This document shows positions 1 to 10,100 of a stretch of DNA of 64,000 nt, in pieces. Position numbers and translations under genes: made by a program. A model generated the notes under the pieces. The model was not told the DNA's origin, ran no database searches, and was given only the letters and a program-made list of their open reading frames with translations. This DNA is from Paramoeba atlantica (Eukaryota > Protista > Discosea). Position 1 is the stretch's first letter; each line of letters opens with the position of its first letter. Location: the NCBI GenBank assembly GCA_977017575.1, contig CDRNVI010000016.1, positions 372,001 to 436,000 of the forward strand, read 5' to 3'.

Positions 1-661
1 CAAGCCATTTCGTGCGAGTCTCCCAAGCGCTTCTTTATTATAAAGATGTCGGGAAAAACATAAGTAAATACATTAAGTAGATGAATAAATAGATAATATG
101 AAGAAAGTCCAGAAACAAATACAAGACCTTTGTTTTCGTTTACCCACTATAGCTCAATACTTTATCCGTTTAATATTGCGTTTTGTTCTGCGTTCTTCCC
201 GTGTTGTTTGTTCACACTTTCCCGTGTTTTTGCACGAGAACGCCGGGCTTGGGACCGGTATCTAGCGTGTTTATGGAGCTGTGATAATGTATTGTATACG
301 AAAAAAGATACGCAAGCATTTTGCTTTCAAACATACACTGTGCCACTTGAAGGAAGAAGCGCGCGGAAATTAGAATACCTATAGAGGATTTACAACACAC
401 TAAGGAAAACCACAGAAAAACTTAGATACGACGAGTAAAAATATAATATGAAAAACGTTGCTGTGGACGTAGCTCGGGAAGGTGGGGAGCGCTAAACCCC
501 AACATTGCCAAAAAGGAAAATAGGCAATGCCCCTGTCCTATAGCCTTGAACCCACCTTGAAAATAATGATACAAGAATTGTTAAAATGTATGCCGCGCAC
601 ATATAAGAAGATGATTTTCAGTAGTATACTTCAATAATCAAAATTAGCCTAGGAAATAACC

Positions 662-1561
662 TTATTCCTCGTCTTCGGGACGAGCTTCATCCTCCAAAGT
701 TAAAGTTTGCGCCAAAAGAGAAATAAAACCAGTCTCTTCATCGATATCTTGAGTCGTGGCAGTCACAACTAAGGTGTTGGCATGTAACTCTTCAACCGCT
801 GTAATCGGGACGGTCTGCAAATCGCGCTGTAAGGCAGGAACATAAATCTTCCAAAAGGACTTCTCATAAGCTGAAGTCTCGACGGAAGCTAGGGCGCCGG
901 CAACGAACTGAGTGATTAGCCGGCGAGTGGGTGGCCGTTTTTGTGTTCTGGTCGCTGCACGCCAATGAGCGAACAGCTCCTTGTACTTTTTCTTGAACGG
1001 CCGATTGACAGCCAAGTCCATTAGCTGAACCAGCGCTGCGCAGCCTGCACGGACGAAACAAACGTCGATTTCCTGGCGACGAAGAAGGGACAGGGCTACC
1101 TCGGTTCGGTGACTTACGTACATGTCTAGAACCAATAAAGTCTTGCCGGGTGGATACTTTTTTTTGCAGCATGTTGGCTCCGGCCTCATACTGTATACTG
1201 CGGCATTTTGGCGCGGAGGGTGATACTGGTTCATAGAACCGCAGCCAAGGCGCACCAAACGGTCCCACTTTTGCTTTTTTTTATATATTTTTCTGACGGT
1301 GTTTCGATCAAGGTGATACTTTTGAGCAGCCTGTCGTTCTGTTTTTCCTGCATCCAGAGAAGCGCAGATCTGTATCGTAAGCTCTACTCGAGACATGCGC
1401 TCACGCTCGCTTTCCACATGCTGCTCCGTGAGAAGCTGAGCTGTCGGAAGGATGTTGGTAATGTTCTCTGGAGCAGTGACAACAACGACAGGGTCTCGAG
1501 GCATTATAGCACCCCTAACCTGATTTGCGCAAAAAATGAGTGATGGCAATGGCTGACGCAT
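662..1561 (-). mobile_element. pogo/Tigger-like (DDE_1) transposase, internally deleted derivative
   Basis: N-terminal psq-type HTH (ICASLDAGKTERQAAQKYHLDRNTVRKIYKKK) joined directly to the C-terminal half of a DDE_1 domain (LLVLDMYVSH...VQLMDLAVNRPFKK, 35 residues between the two Asp). The CENP-B HTH and first catalytic Asp are missing. No TIRs found. Confidence 0.8.
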
Positions 1562-1757
1562 TTGGTAGTAGTAGAGTTTTAGTATGCAGTGTAGAAATAG
1601 TATAGAAGCATCCGTATTATATGGTGAACAGAAGTTCTTTTGTACATGCGCAAATACATGCGTGTATTTCTATTCTGAAATAAATGTGCACAACTCTGAA
1701 GTTGGAAAAAAATTACCACTGAATGAAATGAAAAAAACCGAAAAAATTATCTGTAAA

Positions 1758-1824
1758 CTAGTACGCTACTTATCCTCTCGTGACCCGGAGGTTTCATCAC
1801 AAAAGAGGATAAGTAGCGTACTAG
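1758..1824. repeat. Perfect 21-bp inverted repeat with 25-nt spacer (possible micro-MITE)
   Basis: CTAGTACGCTACTTATCCTCT (1758-1778) is the exact reverse complement of 1804-1824. It can also be read as an 18-bp TIR pair flanked by TA. Confidence 0.85.
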
Positions 1825-1997
1825 GATATCTAAGGGGGGGTAGCGGTAATTCTTTTTGTTCCACACCGTTGCAGACGGAAACTTTCAATCACATTTCATT
1901 TCTTACCGTAAACGCTTACCGAGTCCGTTTACGCTGTTTTTTCATTTCGACCATAACATTCTTTAACTTACAAATCTTCCCCCCATCTCTCCAAACC

Positions 1998-2942
1998 ATG
2001 CGTTGGGCATTCCTTGCAGGAGGCTGTGTCGCAGGCCTCACAACAGGCTTCGTACACTACAACCCCTCCTCCCCCTCCTCCCCCTCCACCATCGCCTGGG
2101 CCTCCGACCGCTCCTCCTCCCTCTCCCACAGTTTCCACAAATTCCCCGTAACCTCCATCACTGAACTCTCCCACGACACCAAACTCCTCTCCTTCGCGCT
2201 CCCCCACCCCGACGAGCCCTTCCGTCTCACCTGCTCCCAAACCCTCCAGTGCGGCGTGATGGACCCCAACCGCAGCCGACGCATCACCCGGCACTACACC
2301 CCCGTAACCCCCAACGGCACCCCCGGGCACTTCTCCGTCATGGTGAAGCGCTGCCCCGAGGGGCTCCTATCCCCCCGGCTCCACGCCCTCCAGCCCGGCG
2401 ACACCATGGAGTGGGCCACCGTCCCCCCGAGCTTCGTCTACAAGCCCGGCATGTTCGCCCGGGTCTACATGATCGCCGGGGGCGCCGGGATCACCCCGAT
2501 GCTCCAGATGATCCGCACCGTGCTCGGCAACCCCAGCGACACCACCCCGATGCGCCTGCTGTTCTGCAACAAGACCGAGCAGGACATTCTGTTGCGCGGG
2601 GAGCTGGACAAGTTGGCGAAGGAGCACCCCGGGCGGTTCCAGGTGCACTACGCCCTGGACCAGCCCCCCGCGGGGTGGAGCGGGGAGAGCGGGTACGTGA
2701 CCGCGGAGATGGTACGCAGGACATTGAAAGAGGGTGGGCCGGAGAAAGGGGATCGGATGCTGGTGTGCGGCCCGGATGCGATGCTGAGCCATGTGGCCGG
2801 GAACCCGATGGATGTGATGGGGAAGTGGTCCGGGAAGGTGCAACGGATGCAGCCGTTCTTTCCTGGGGTAAACAATCTTCCCGAGGTGGAGGGGGTATTG
2901 GGCTCCATGGGGTGGGATAAGTCGACCACGCATCGGTTTTAG
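1998..2942 (+). CDS. CYB5R: NADH-cytochrome b5 reductase (MCR1-like, N-terminal anchor)
   Basis: RHYTPV FAD motif, GLLSPRLHALQPGD, MIAGGAGITPMLQ, LLFCNKTEQDILL, LVCGP. Start placed at ATG 1998 after a pyrimidine-rich leader; the ORF-track extension to 1584 looks non-coding. Confidence 0.93.
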   Translation: MRWAFLAGGCVAGLTTGFVHYNPSSPSSPSTIAWASDRSSSLSHSFHKFPVTSITELSHDTKLLSFALPHPDEPFRLTCSQTLQCGVMDPNRSRRITRHYTPVTPNGTPGHFSVMVKRCPEGLLSPRLHALQPGDTMEWATVPPSFVYKPGMFARVYMIAGGAGITPMLQMIRTVLGNPSDTTPMRLLFCNKTEQDILLRGELDKLAKEHPGRFQVHYALDQPPAGWSGESGYVTAEMVRRTLKEGGPEKGDRMLVCGPDAMLSHVAGNPMDVMGKWSGKVQRMQPFFPGVNNLPEVEGVLGSMGWDKSTTHRF

Positions 2943-3440
2943 ATAGGGCCATGGGAGTGAGACAGAAGTTTATGTGAGTTTATGAGTTTGTAAAAAAGGC
3001 TTTTGAAAGTTGGTTAAATTTCGTTGTTGAGCAACATGCGCACACATGAACCCTGTACATATTATTGATATTCCCTTTGGAAACTTGTGGGCTACATTTC
3101 AATCTTCGATATGCAACACAACAAATTATTTGTACGGTACAAGAAATTCTTTTGCAAATTGTAAAACAATAAACACATTCTACAGCAATATGGTTAATTT
3201 TCTGTTGAGCACGTTGCATTGTTTTGATCCTCTAAAGCAGACATAATTTTGGGCGCCTTAACCCCGATCTTTCCTGCCTTCGTAAGTTTTTTTCAATTTT
3301 TCTGCGTAAACTGATTTCTTCTTAAGATTCTTCATGAACTTATTTTTGTGATTTCATATTGATTGGTGTATCGTTATGGTGTATGACCACATCTGCATGT
3401 ATTTTTCGGAGTGCAGTATAATCAATTTTGAAGTTTTTTC

Positions 3441-3463
3441 ATTAAGCTTTTGCATACTTTCAG
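3441..3463 (+). promoter_or_regulatory. Putative trans-splice acceptor (pyrimidine tract + AG)
   Basis: ...GCTTTTGCATACTTTCAG ends 2 nt before ATG 3465, the usual kinetoplastid arrangement. Site use is inferred. Confidence 0.45.
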
Positions 3464-3464
3464 A

Positions 3465-3821
3465 ATGTCCAGATTTTCGTCAGATTTTTCGAAAAAATGT
3501 CGGACCTTTCTCGAAGAAAATGCGACAAAGCGCGAAGATCTTCAGAAATGTCTCGAGGAGAATGTGAAATACGACGTGAACAAAATGTGCGCCAAGCCAA
3601 AAAGCGATTACTTATATGCGATTTCTCTGGCGTTCTGTCGTCCGGAATACGAGACCGGTGTGAAATGCCAGAAGGCGGCCGGGGATGAGTGGGCAGACAA
3701 GTGCTTTCAAGAAAACGTCCTGGTGGGGCAGTGCCTTGATACAACGCTAAAGAAATTGTACATGTATGGGGTGCAAACGGACCCCAAGAATCCAAACAAT
3801 CCTAAGACAGTAAGAAGTTAA
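3465..3821 (+). CDS. Small twin-CX9C (CHCH-like) protein, probably mitochondrial intermembrane space
   Basis: CRPEYETGVKC and CFQENVLVGQC are both CX9C, with further upstream cysteines. Confidence 0.7.
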   Translation: MSRFSSDFSKKCRTFLEENATKREDLQKCLEENVKYDVNKMCAKPKSDYLYAISLAFCRPEYETGVKCQKAAGDEWADKCFQENVLVGQCLDTTLKKLYMYGVQTDPKNPNNPKTVRS

Positions 3822-4187
3822 CCGACGTCAGCTAGGTGCTTGGAGCGAGTTTGATACAGCTTAGTGAATTTCGAGTGATAACGAAAAGGAATGCACTGCG
3901 CACCAGTACGTACAGCCGTGCTTCCTTCAGTGTATTATGACTGAGCTGATCCTGTTGATGCAGGTTATGCAGGGTATACCCGCTTGTCAGTGTAGAACGC
4001 GCCATTAGTGGGTTATGCCTTGACGGTCTAGTAAAGCAAAGTAACTGTATCTGATGGCATCCTTTTAATCACAAGGACTATGTGTACCTCACAACAGAGG
4101 GTCTACACTTTCCTTTTTTCATCCACTATTTTCTCACCCTTTTCGCACCCTTTTTCTCCCTCAATACCCCGTTTCCCCCCCCCTCCC

Positions 4188-4832
4188 ATGCCCCGGATCC
4201 CACTTTCCTGGTTCCCCCCCTCCCCCCTCCCTGGTTGGTTCTCTGACCTCGCCCTGGAGCTTCGTCTCCCCGCCCTCGCCGCCCTCTACCACTGCTACCG
4301 CACCACCGCGCACTACTTTGACGCCTGTCGGTACTTTGAGGAGCGCAGCGGGTGGGCCTCCACCCGTGGCACCCTGCTCCAGCTCGAGCGTCACACCTAC
4401 CGCCACCACTACCTCCCGCGGTACAGCGTGGTCTATGAATTTACAGTCAACGGGGAGCGCTACGAAAGCAGGAGATCCGCGACCGGGAGTCTGTACCCCG
4501 GGTGGGTGCTGGAGTGGCTCCCGACCGGCACCGATGTGATCACGGAGGTACAGTACCTCCAGGCCACCCCCCCGATGCGCGTGGGGAGCCCATGCACGGT
4601 TTTCTATCACAAAAAGAATCCCAGGCTGTGTGGGATTGCCCATGATGCGTGCTCGTTTGAGTGTAGTGTGCTAGGGAGTGTGAGTGTGCTGGTACTGATC
4701 TGGGCGACCCTGTTGAAGCGCCAGGTGCGGACGGGGTGGCGAGGGCTGTTTCCGAGAACGTACAAGGTGAGGTTGCCGCGGACGATGCAGACAGGGGGAG
4801 CGGGTTCGAATGGAAAGCAGCTGGATCCGTAG
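4188..4832 (+). CDS. DUF3592-like membrane protein
   Basis: Hydrophobic segment, then GTLLQLE...YSVVYEFTVNGERYES...VGSPCTVFYHKKNPRLC, then a C-terminal TM segment. Confidence 0.65.
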   Translation: MPRIPLSWFPPSPLPGWFSDLALELRLPALAALYHCYRTTAHYFDACRYFEERSGWASTRGTLLQLERHTYRHHYLPRYSVVYEFTVNGERYESRRSATGSLYPGWVLEWLPTGTDVITEVQYLQATPPMRVGSPCTVFYHKKNPRLCGIAHDACSFECSVLGSVSVLVLIWATLLKRQVRTGWRGLFPRTYKVRLPRTMQTGGAGSNGKQLDP

Positions 4833-5433
4833 CGGAGGGAGAGGGATACGGTGGTGCGTAGTTTATGCGACATGGTTGGCCTTTTATGGCTGTTGATCTT
4901 CCGTGCATGCCATAAGCCGTATTTCATGGTAACTCACCTGATGAAGCGGGACTGCAAAGAATGTCGTAGTCCTGTCACTCGCTCGCTTGTCGTATTGGGT
5001 GACCTCCTTTTTCGATTGGTGCTGTATCACCTAATGCCTTGAAGCATAGTTAGTCAGTGAAAGTTGTATTTATCAAATAATTACTCGCTAAAGTTCTATT
5101 TCTCGCCGTATTGATTCAAAACATCTTCTGCTTGGGTAGAGCTGATAATCAATGAAGAGGGATTCTTTTTCACTGTTTCGCCCACTTTTTTGAGGATATG
5201 AGAAGGTATCCACATAATGTGTTGGGGATGTAAAAGACAAAATGAAGTGTGATAAAAGGAAAATACTAAGTATATTGGTGTGAACCCCCTCCCGCTGTGT
5301 ATAAGGGTGACGGTGTCCATAATGTTCGTTTCAATTCAGAAAAATGAAAATCAAAAAGCTCTTCTTTGTAAAACTCGATCTCTGAAAGCAGTATTGATTT
5401 TTGAATGATCAGCACGCTTAACTCATAAATCGA

Positions 5434-6504
5434 ATGCAACGACATGCAGTAAGGATCGCTGAGAAGGTATGGGACAAGAAGAATAAAGAACGCGTACAAG
5501 ATGAGTTAAAAACTGCATGTAGCGCACTAGAGAAGCTTGCTTTAGCTCCATGCCGAGAAAAGGCCACTTCCCGCAACGTTCTCAGCACCTCATCAGTTCA
5601 TGATAAAATTGATCAGAATCGGAGAAATGAGATGTTTCAACACATAGTGATGGGAATCGGAGACCTGCATCTGAAGATGATGAGCGGAAGGCAAGCCATG
5701 CAGATTCTTCGCGCATGCAAAAAATTTCCTGAATACTCAATGTACTTACGGAGGCATACGATGAATCGTGCCTGTTTGTTGGCTGAATCCTTTTCTCCGC
5801 GCGAGGCGCTCGAGTTTCTGCGTTTACTAGTTTCAAAACATTGTAAATACGCTCTGGCAAACGTTGACGAACAATCACCTACGTCAATTCCTCTGTTTTC
5901 TGGTGATTCTTCACTCCGAGCTTCGCTTGTTGATAAGATCCTGACGAGTGTGGAAACGCGCATCAAAGCCCACAATAGTTCTTCACTGAGCCATACACTA
6001 GAAACTATAGTATTTTTAGCAGAAGTCTCCGTTGCCATCATTCACACGCTCCGTGCGAGTCTAGTATCTCGAATCGAATCAGTTTGTAGACATTTCATAT
6101 CCATGTCTATGAAAGCCTCCGATAAAGAGTCGTCGAATGGTAAGCCTTCTCAATTGGAAACTAGTCATTTTTGCTTTACCGCATCTCACATATCCCGTTT
6201 ATTGAAAGTCTTCTGTATTCTTAAATCACACAGTAGCAAAGACCTTTTTATATATTTGTGTGAAGAGAGTATTGTTCGTTGCAGTGAACTACAAGGTCAT
6301 CACATTGCGGATATTTTAGAATCCCTTTGTTACTGCAAAATGTGGAGTTGGGAACTTTTCACGACCCTGGGCGAAGAAGCTCGACGAAAAGCACACAAAA
6401 TATCGGCTAGCGATTCAGGACGAATATTGCTTGCCTTTCAGAAAACCCCAATACAGTGGGAAAGCCTCGCGAGCACTTTATCTATCGGTCCCAATGACCA
6501 GTGA
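5434..6504 (+). CDS. Hypothetical alpha-helical repeat protein (FASTK/OPR-like C-terminus, possibly organellar RNA-binding)
   Basis: 356-aa ORF on the gene strand. The C-terminal pattern DLFIYLCEESIVRCSELQGHHIADILESL...WELFTTLGEEA resembles helical-repeat proteins. Function is a guess. Confidence 0.6.
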   Translation: MQRHAVRIAEKVWDKKNKERVQDELKTACSALEKLALAPCREKATSRNVLSTSSVHDKIDQNRRNEMFQHIVMGIGDLHLKMMSGRQAMQILRACKKFPEYSMYLRRHTMNRACLLAESFSPREALEFLRLLVSKHCKYALANVDEQSPTSIPLFSGDSSLRASLVDKILTSVETRIKAHNSSSLSHTLETIVFLAEVSVAIIHTLRASLVSRIESVCRHFISMSMKASDKESSNGKPSQLETSHFCFTASHISRLLKVFCILKSHSSKDLFIYLCEESIVRCSELQGHHIADILESLCYCKMWSWELFTTLGEEARRKAHKISASDSGRILLAFQKTPIQWESLASTLSIGPNDQ

Positions 6505-7117
6505 GTTTCAACGTAAGGTGTGTTGTGCCCTACGACACTATGAACAAACTCGTCGCAAACTACGCCTGGTCTACGTATGGTCGACTCTAATGCGGCTTTT
6601 GATTTAGAAATACGAAGATTATAATAAATTTCGATTTAGAAATACGTAAAACTGGGGCAAAAACATTTCAAGTGCGTGCTCTTGGAAGAGGAATCTGTAG
6701 CTAACGTGAAGGAAATAAAAACTCATCTGAGATGCAACAGCCTCTTTCTTATCTTATCAACTCGTTTGTTTTTGTGACCATTGTTTTGGTAACGCACGTA
6801 AGAATTTATTTCGCGCGTAAAACGTGTGATAAACTGAACCCTGACCGAATTCGTCAAGAAAATAGGGTGTTAACATTCTCCTTTTGTAAAGAATGTGTTT
6901 GGTAAGAATATTTTCGGCTAAGTACAAATTTTTTGACGTTTTATTCTCCGTTAACCGGTTTTGACGCTTACTAGGGGAACCAAGTAAAGATTTATGAAGT
7001 AATAAAATGTTTGTACCCAATTTTTGTCTTTATTAAGGAATGTGTCGAAGGTGTAAACATTTTTTATTAGTATTAAATATTTTTTACTAGTAGGTCTTTA
7101 TTTGGCCAATCTTACTA

Positions 7118-10100
7118 ATGCGACGACTGAGTCTCTATTCTCCTTTTTTTCGACAACTTGCACAAAAAGCCAAATATTCATCTCCGCCTCTTGAATCTTT
7201 ATCTGCCCGCACGATACAAGACGTAATTTTACCTGTCGTACACGCTTCTGGTGGGAAGTTATCTGTCGAGAATTTGGAATCCGCTCTTGAATGGGATGTA
7301 TGGTACTTGACCACGTGTGGACCACTTCAATCATTCGTAGATAAGCATGGAGCTCAGAAGCTAACAGTTGCTGGAGGGGTAGTATCAATACGGAGTGAAA
7401 CAGGTCGAGAAACTACCAGGAGCCAGAAGAATGATAGTCTCGAGAAAACAGATGATTCGCGAAAAGTAGAGCAATCGACTGTAAGCACGAAATCAGACAC
7501 TAACACCACTGAGCAAGTGACAGTCGACTTGTCTCCAAAATCGAAACAGCGAAAAGGTAACGCGAAGTTGAAAGCTAAAACGCATTCCTTGAAAACTCCT
7601 AAGACCGTGTTAGCTTCGTGCCCTACTGAGCGGCAAATCCATACTACTAAAGAAGCTTCTTCCACTTTACAAAACCATAAAACAGTGGGAAAAGGCGCAA
7701 GACAAAAAAAGGCGTGCGGGGGAGATGCGCGAAGTGCGCTGGTTGAGACCTCCGATGGTCGAAAAGAGAATTATAAAAAAGATGGAAAACGCCATGTATG
7801 CATAGAACGTGAAAAAGACAAAAAGCTGCCCAGAAAAAAGAAAAGCCGGGTGATAACTGAAGCTGATGCCCCCGTAGAGAGCGCAAGGTTAGACGCAGAT
7901 TCAAACGAGAAGTCCGAAACTATCACGCAAGAAATCTCTCAAAATGAGGCTGTGATGCTGAATCCGACAAAAAAGGATGTCCCGAAAACAAAGGATTCAA
8001 GCTTTTGGTCTTGTTACGCACCTCAAGTAGCCGTGAATAGAGGAATATCAATTTACGAGTTTAGCCTACTTGCTAAAAATATCCTTAATAAAGATCGCGA
8101 GGAGTTGAGTGCTGAGGCAAAAGCTCTACTGAAAGACCTTTCAGAACGTAAGTTTCCGAAGTCAGAAAATGGACTTTCTGCCATAAACTGTGAATTGGTG
8201 TGTTTTTCTTCATTCAGTGGTGATGAAATTTCTGCTAGATCGATGACTTACATCTTCCAAAAACCGGTCGGAAACATTCTCAAATCAGCATATGAAAATG
8301 TCCCGGATAATTCTGAAGGGGTTTCCGTTAGTGAACTGCGAAGAAAGCTGTTGATGAACCGCGTTTGCACAGAAGAATACTTGGATGAACATCTAAATAA
8401 TATTTTAGAGGAGAATCCTTTTGTTTTACCACAAAAGCTAATTAACAAAGAAATTCGTGTTTTGCGGGGAATTACCTCGCGAGGTCACATGCGTCCTGTT
8501 TCTCCGGACATAGCCAAAGCAGTGAGATATTTAGAGACATCTTTACGAAACATGTCTTCACGTGACGTACGTTTCAGTTCACTTGCCCATTCGGCGAAAT
8601 GGAACTCCAGCTTTAAGTGTCCTATTCTTTTGTTTTTGAACTCTCATAGCGGCGTCTTTATTGTAAACAGGAAGGGTTTTGTTCGACTGAAGACCGAATC
8701 TAGCTCTCAAAATCTAAGTAGCGGTGTTTCATCATCAGTACGTAGTAGCAGTTGGGATCTTCCACAACAACAGAATAATGCTTCAAATGCGAAGCCTACC
8801 CCTAAAAATACCGAAACGTTGACAGAATCCTCTGAAGCATTGAAGTCGTCGGATTCCGAGCTGACGAGATCCAAGGATATTTCTCGGAGCCTTCTTTTCC
8901 GGGTGCACTCGGGTAATGGAAATTTCGTTCCGAGTCCAACATTAGTGCGTGCGCTCAGCCCATCTCCCTCGACACTGGATGCTGTACCACAGCATTCATA
9001 TGAGTGGGCTATGCGTGTGACCAAGTTTATTACGTTAAAGAAAAATCCTACTTACGGAACGCCATTAGAATGGATTCAATCTCGCATGTGTATCTTCTTT
9101 AGCCAATATGGTTCGAAACTCTCTTTCGATTCGCATCTGTGTGACTCTAGTTACTATCCCGGATTATACACTTCTCTGGATGCACTCTATTCAATATCGC
9201 GCGTACTAACGATATGTTGCACTATTCATCGACTTTTTCTTCCCGAATCATCTCAAATGAATGGAACTGAAGGAGACATGGTGAAGTTACATTTTTCGTC
9301 GCTACCTATCGTGTATCCTATGATACCAGATACTGATGAAGGCGTTTTGGTGCTAGATATTTGCAAAGTCCTACCAGATTTTGACTCGAAGTTGTTTATA
9401 AAAAGGTATAATAGATATGTGTCAGAGTCTAGCGATGGTACACGTCTAATTCGGGTTTATCGCATGGATGGGTCTGCTCGTGAATCTGTTCCTTCGGTCA
9501 ACGCGTATTTTAGAAAGTTGGGTGAAGCATTAGAAACTCAGAAAGTTCACGTCAAAGAACTTCATAAGTATTGTCCATGGAATTGTTCGTGGCGTTCAGC
9601 ACTGGCCCCTCTACTATGTTCCAAAAAGTTCCACGTTCATAACCGTATGATTCGCCTTGGGGAGACAAAAATTCCAGCAGAACTTATTGACTATTTAAAG
9701 CGCGCCAGCGTAGATCAACCTTTTCGAGCTATACCTAAGTCTGAGGTGAGACGTTTCTTGCGTGCCCGGGGTATGAATTCAACTCAGGCAGAAGGGATCT
9801 TTCTTTGTCTCCCTCGAATCGCAATATCATGGAACTTTATGGCCCTTTTTCCCGGGGTTTCAGACGGAAAGGATTGTTCCAGCGAAGTGCTTCTCAAACT
9901 TCGTTTTGACCACTCATGTGAGGAAATGAAACAACCAAAACGGGAATCTTCAGATTCGGAAAAGTTTAAACCTGTAGCGAGCGATACCGCTAGTTCTAAG
10001 CTACCGAACGCGCTAGAGACTGAGAAGGAAGATTCTAAGTTTTCTCCCAGCGAAATAAATAATCTTTGGACAGCATTTTCCTCTTTGTACGGACGTATAC

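Noticed and set aside
1968-2952. Many long overlapping alternative-frame and antisense ORFs (also at 4161-4908, 14854-15867, 17145-17803, 62004-62349)
   Set aside because: They shadow real genes inside GC-rich or skewed islands where stops are rare, and their products are low-complexity Gly/Pro/Arg strings.
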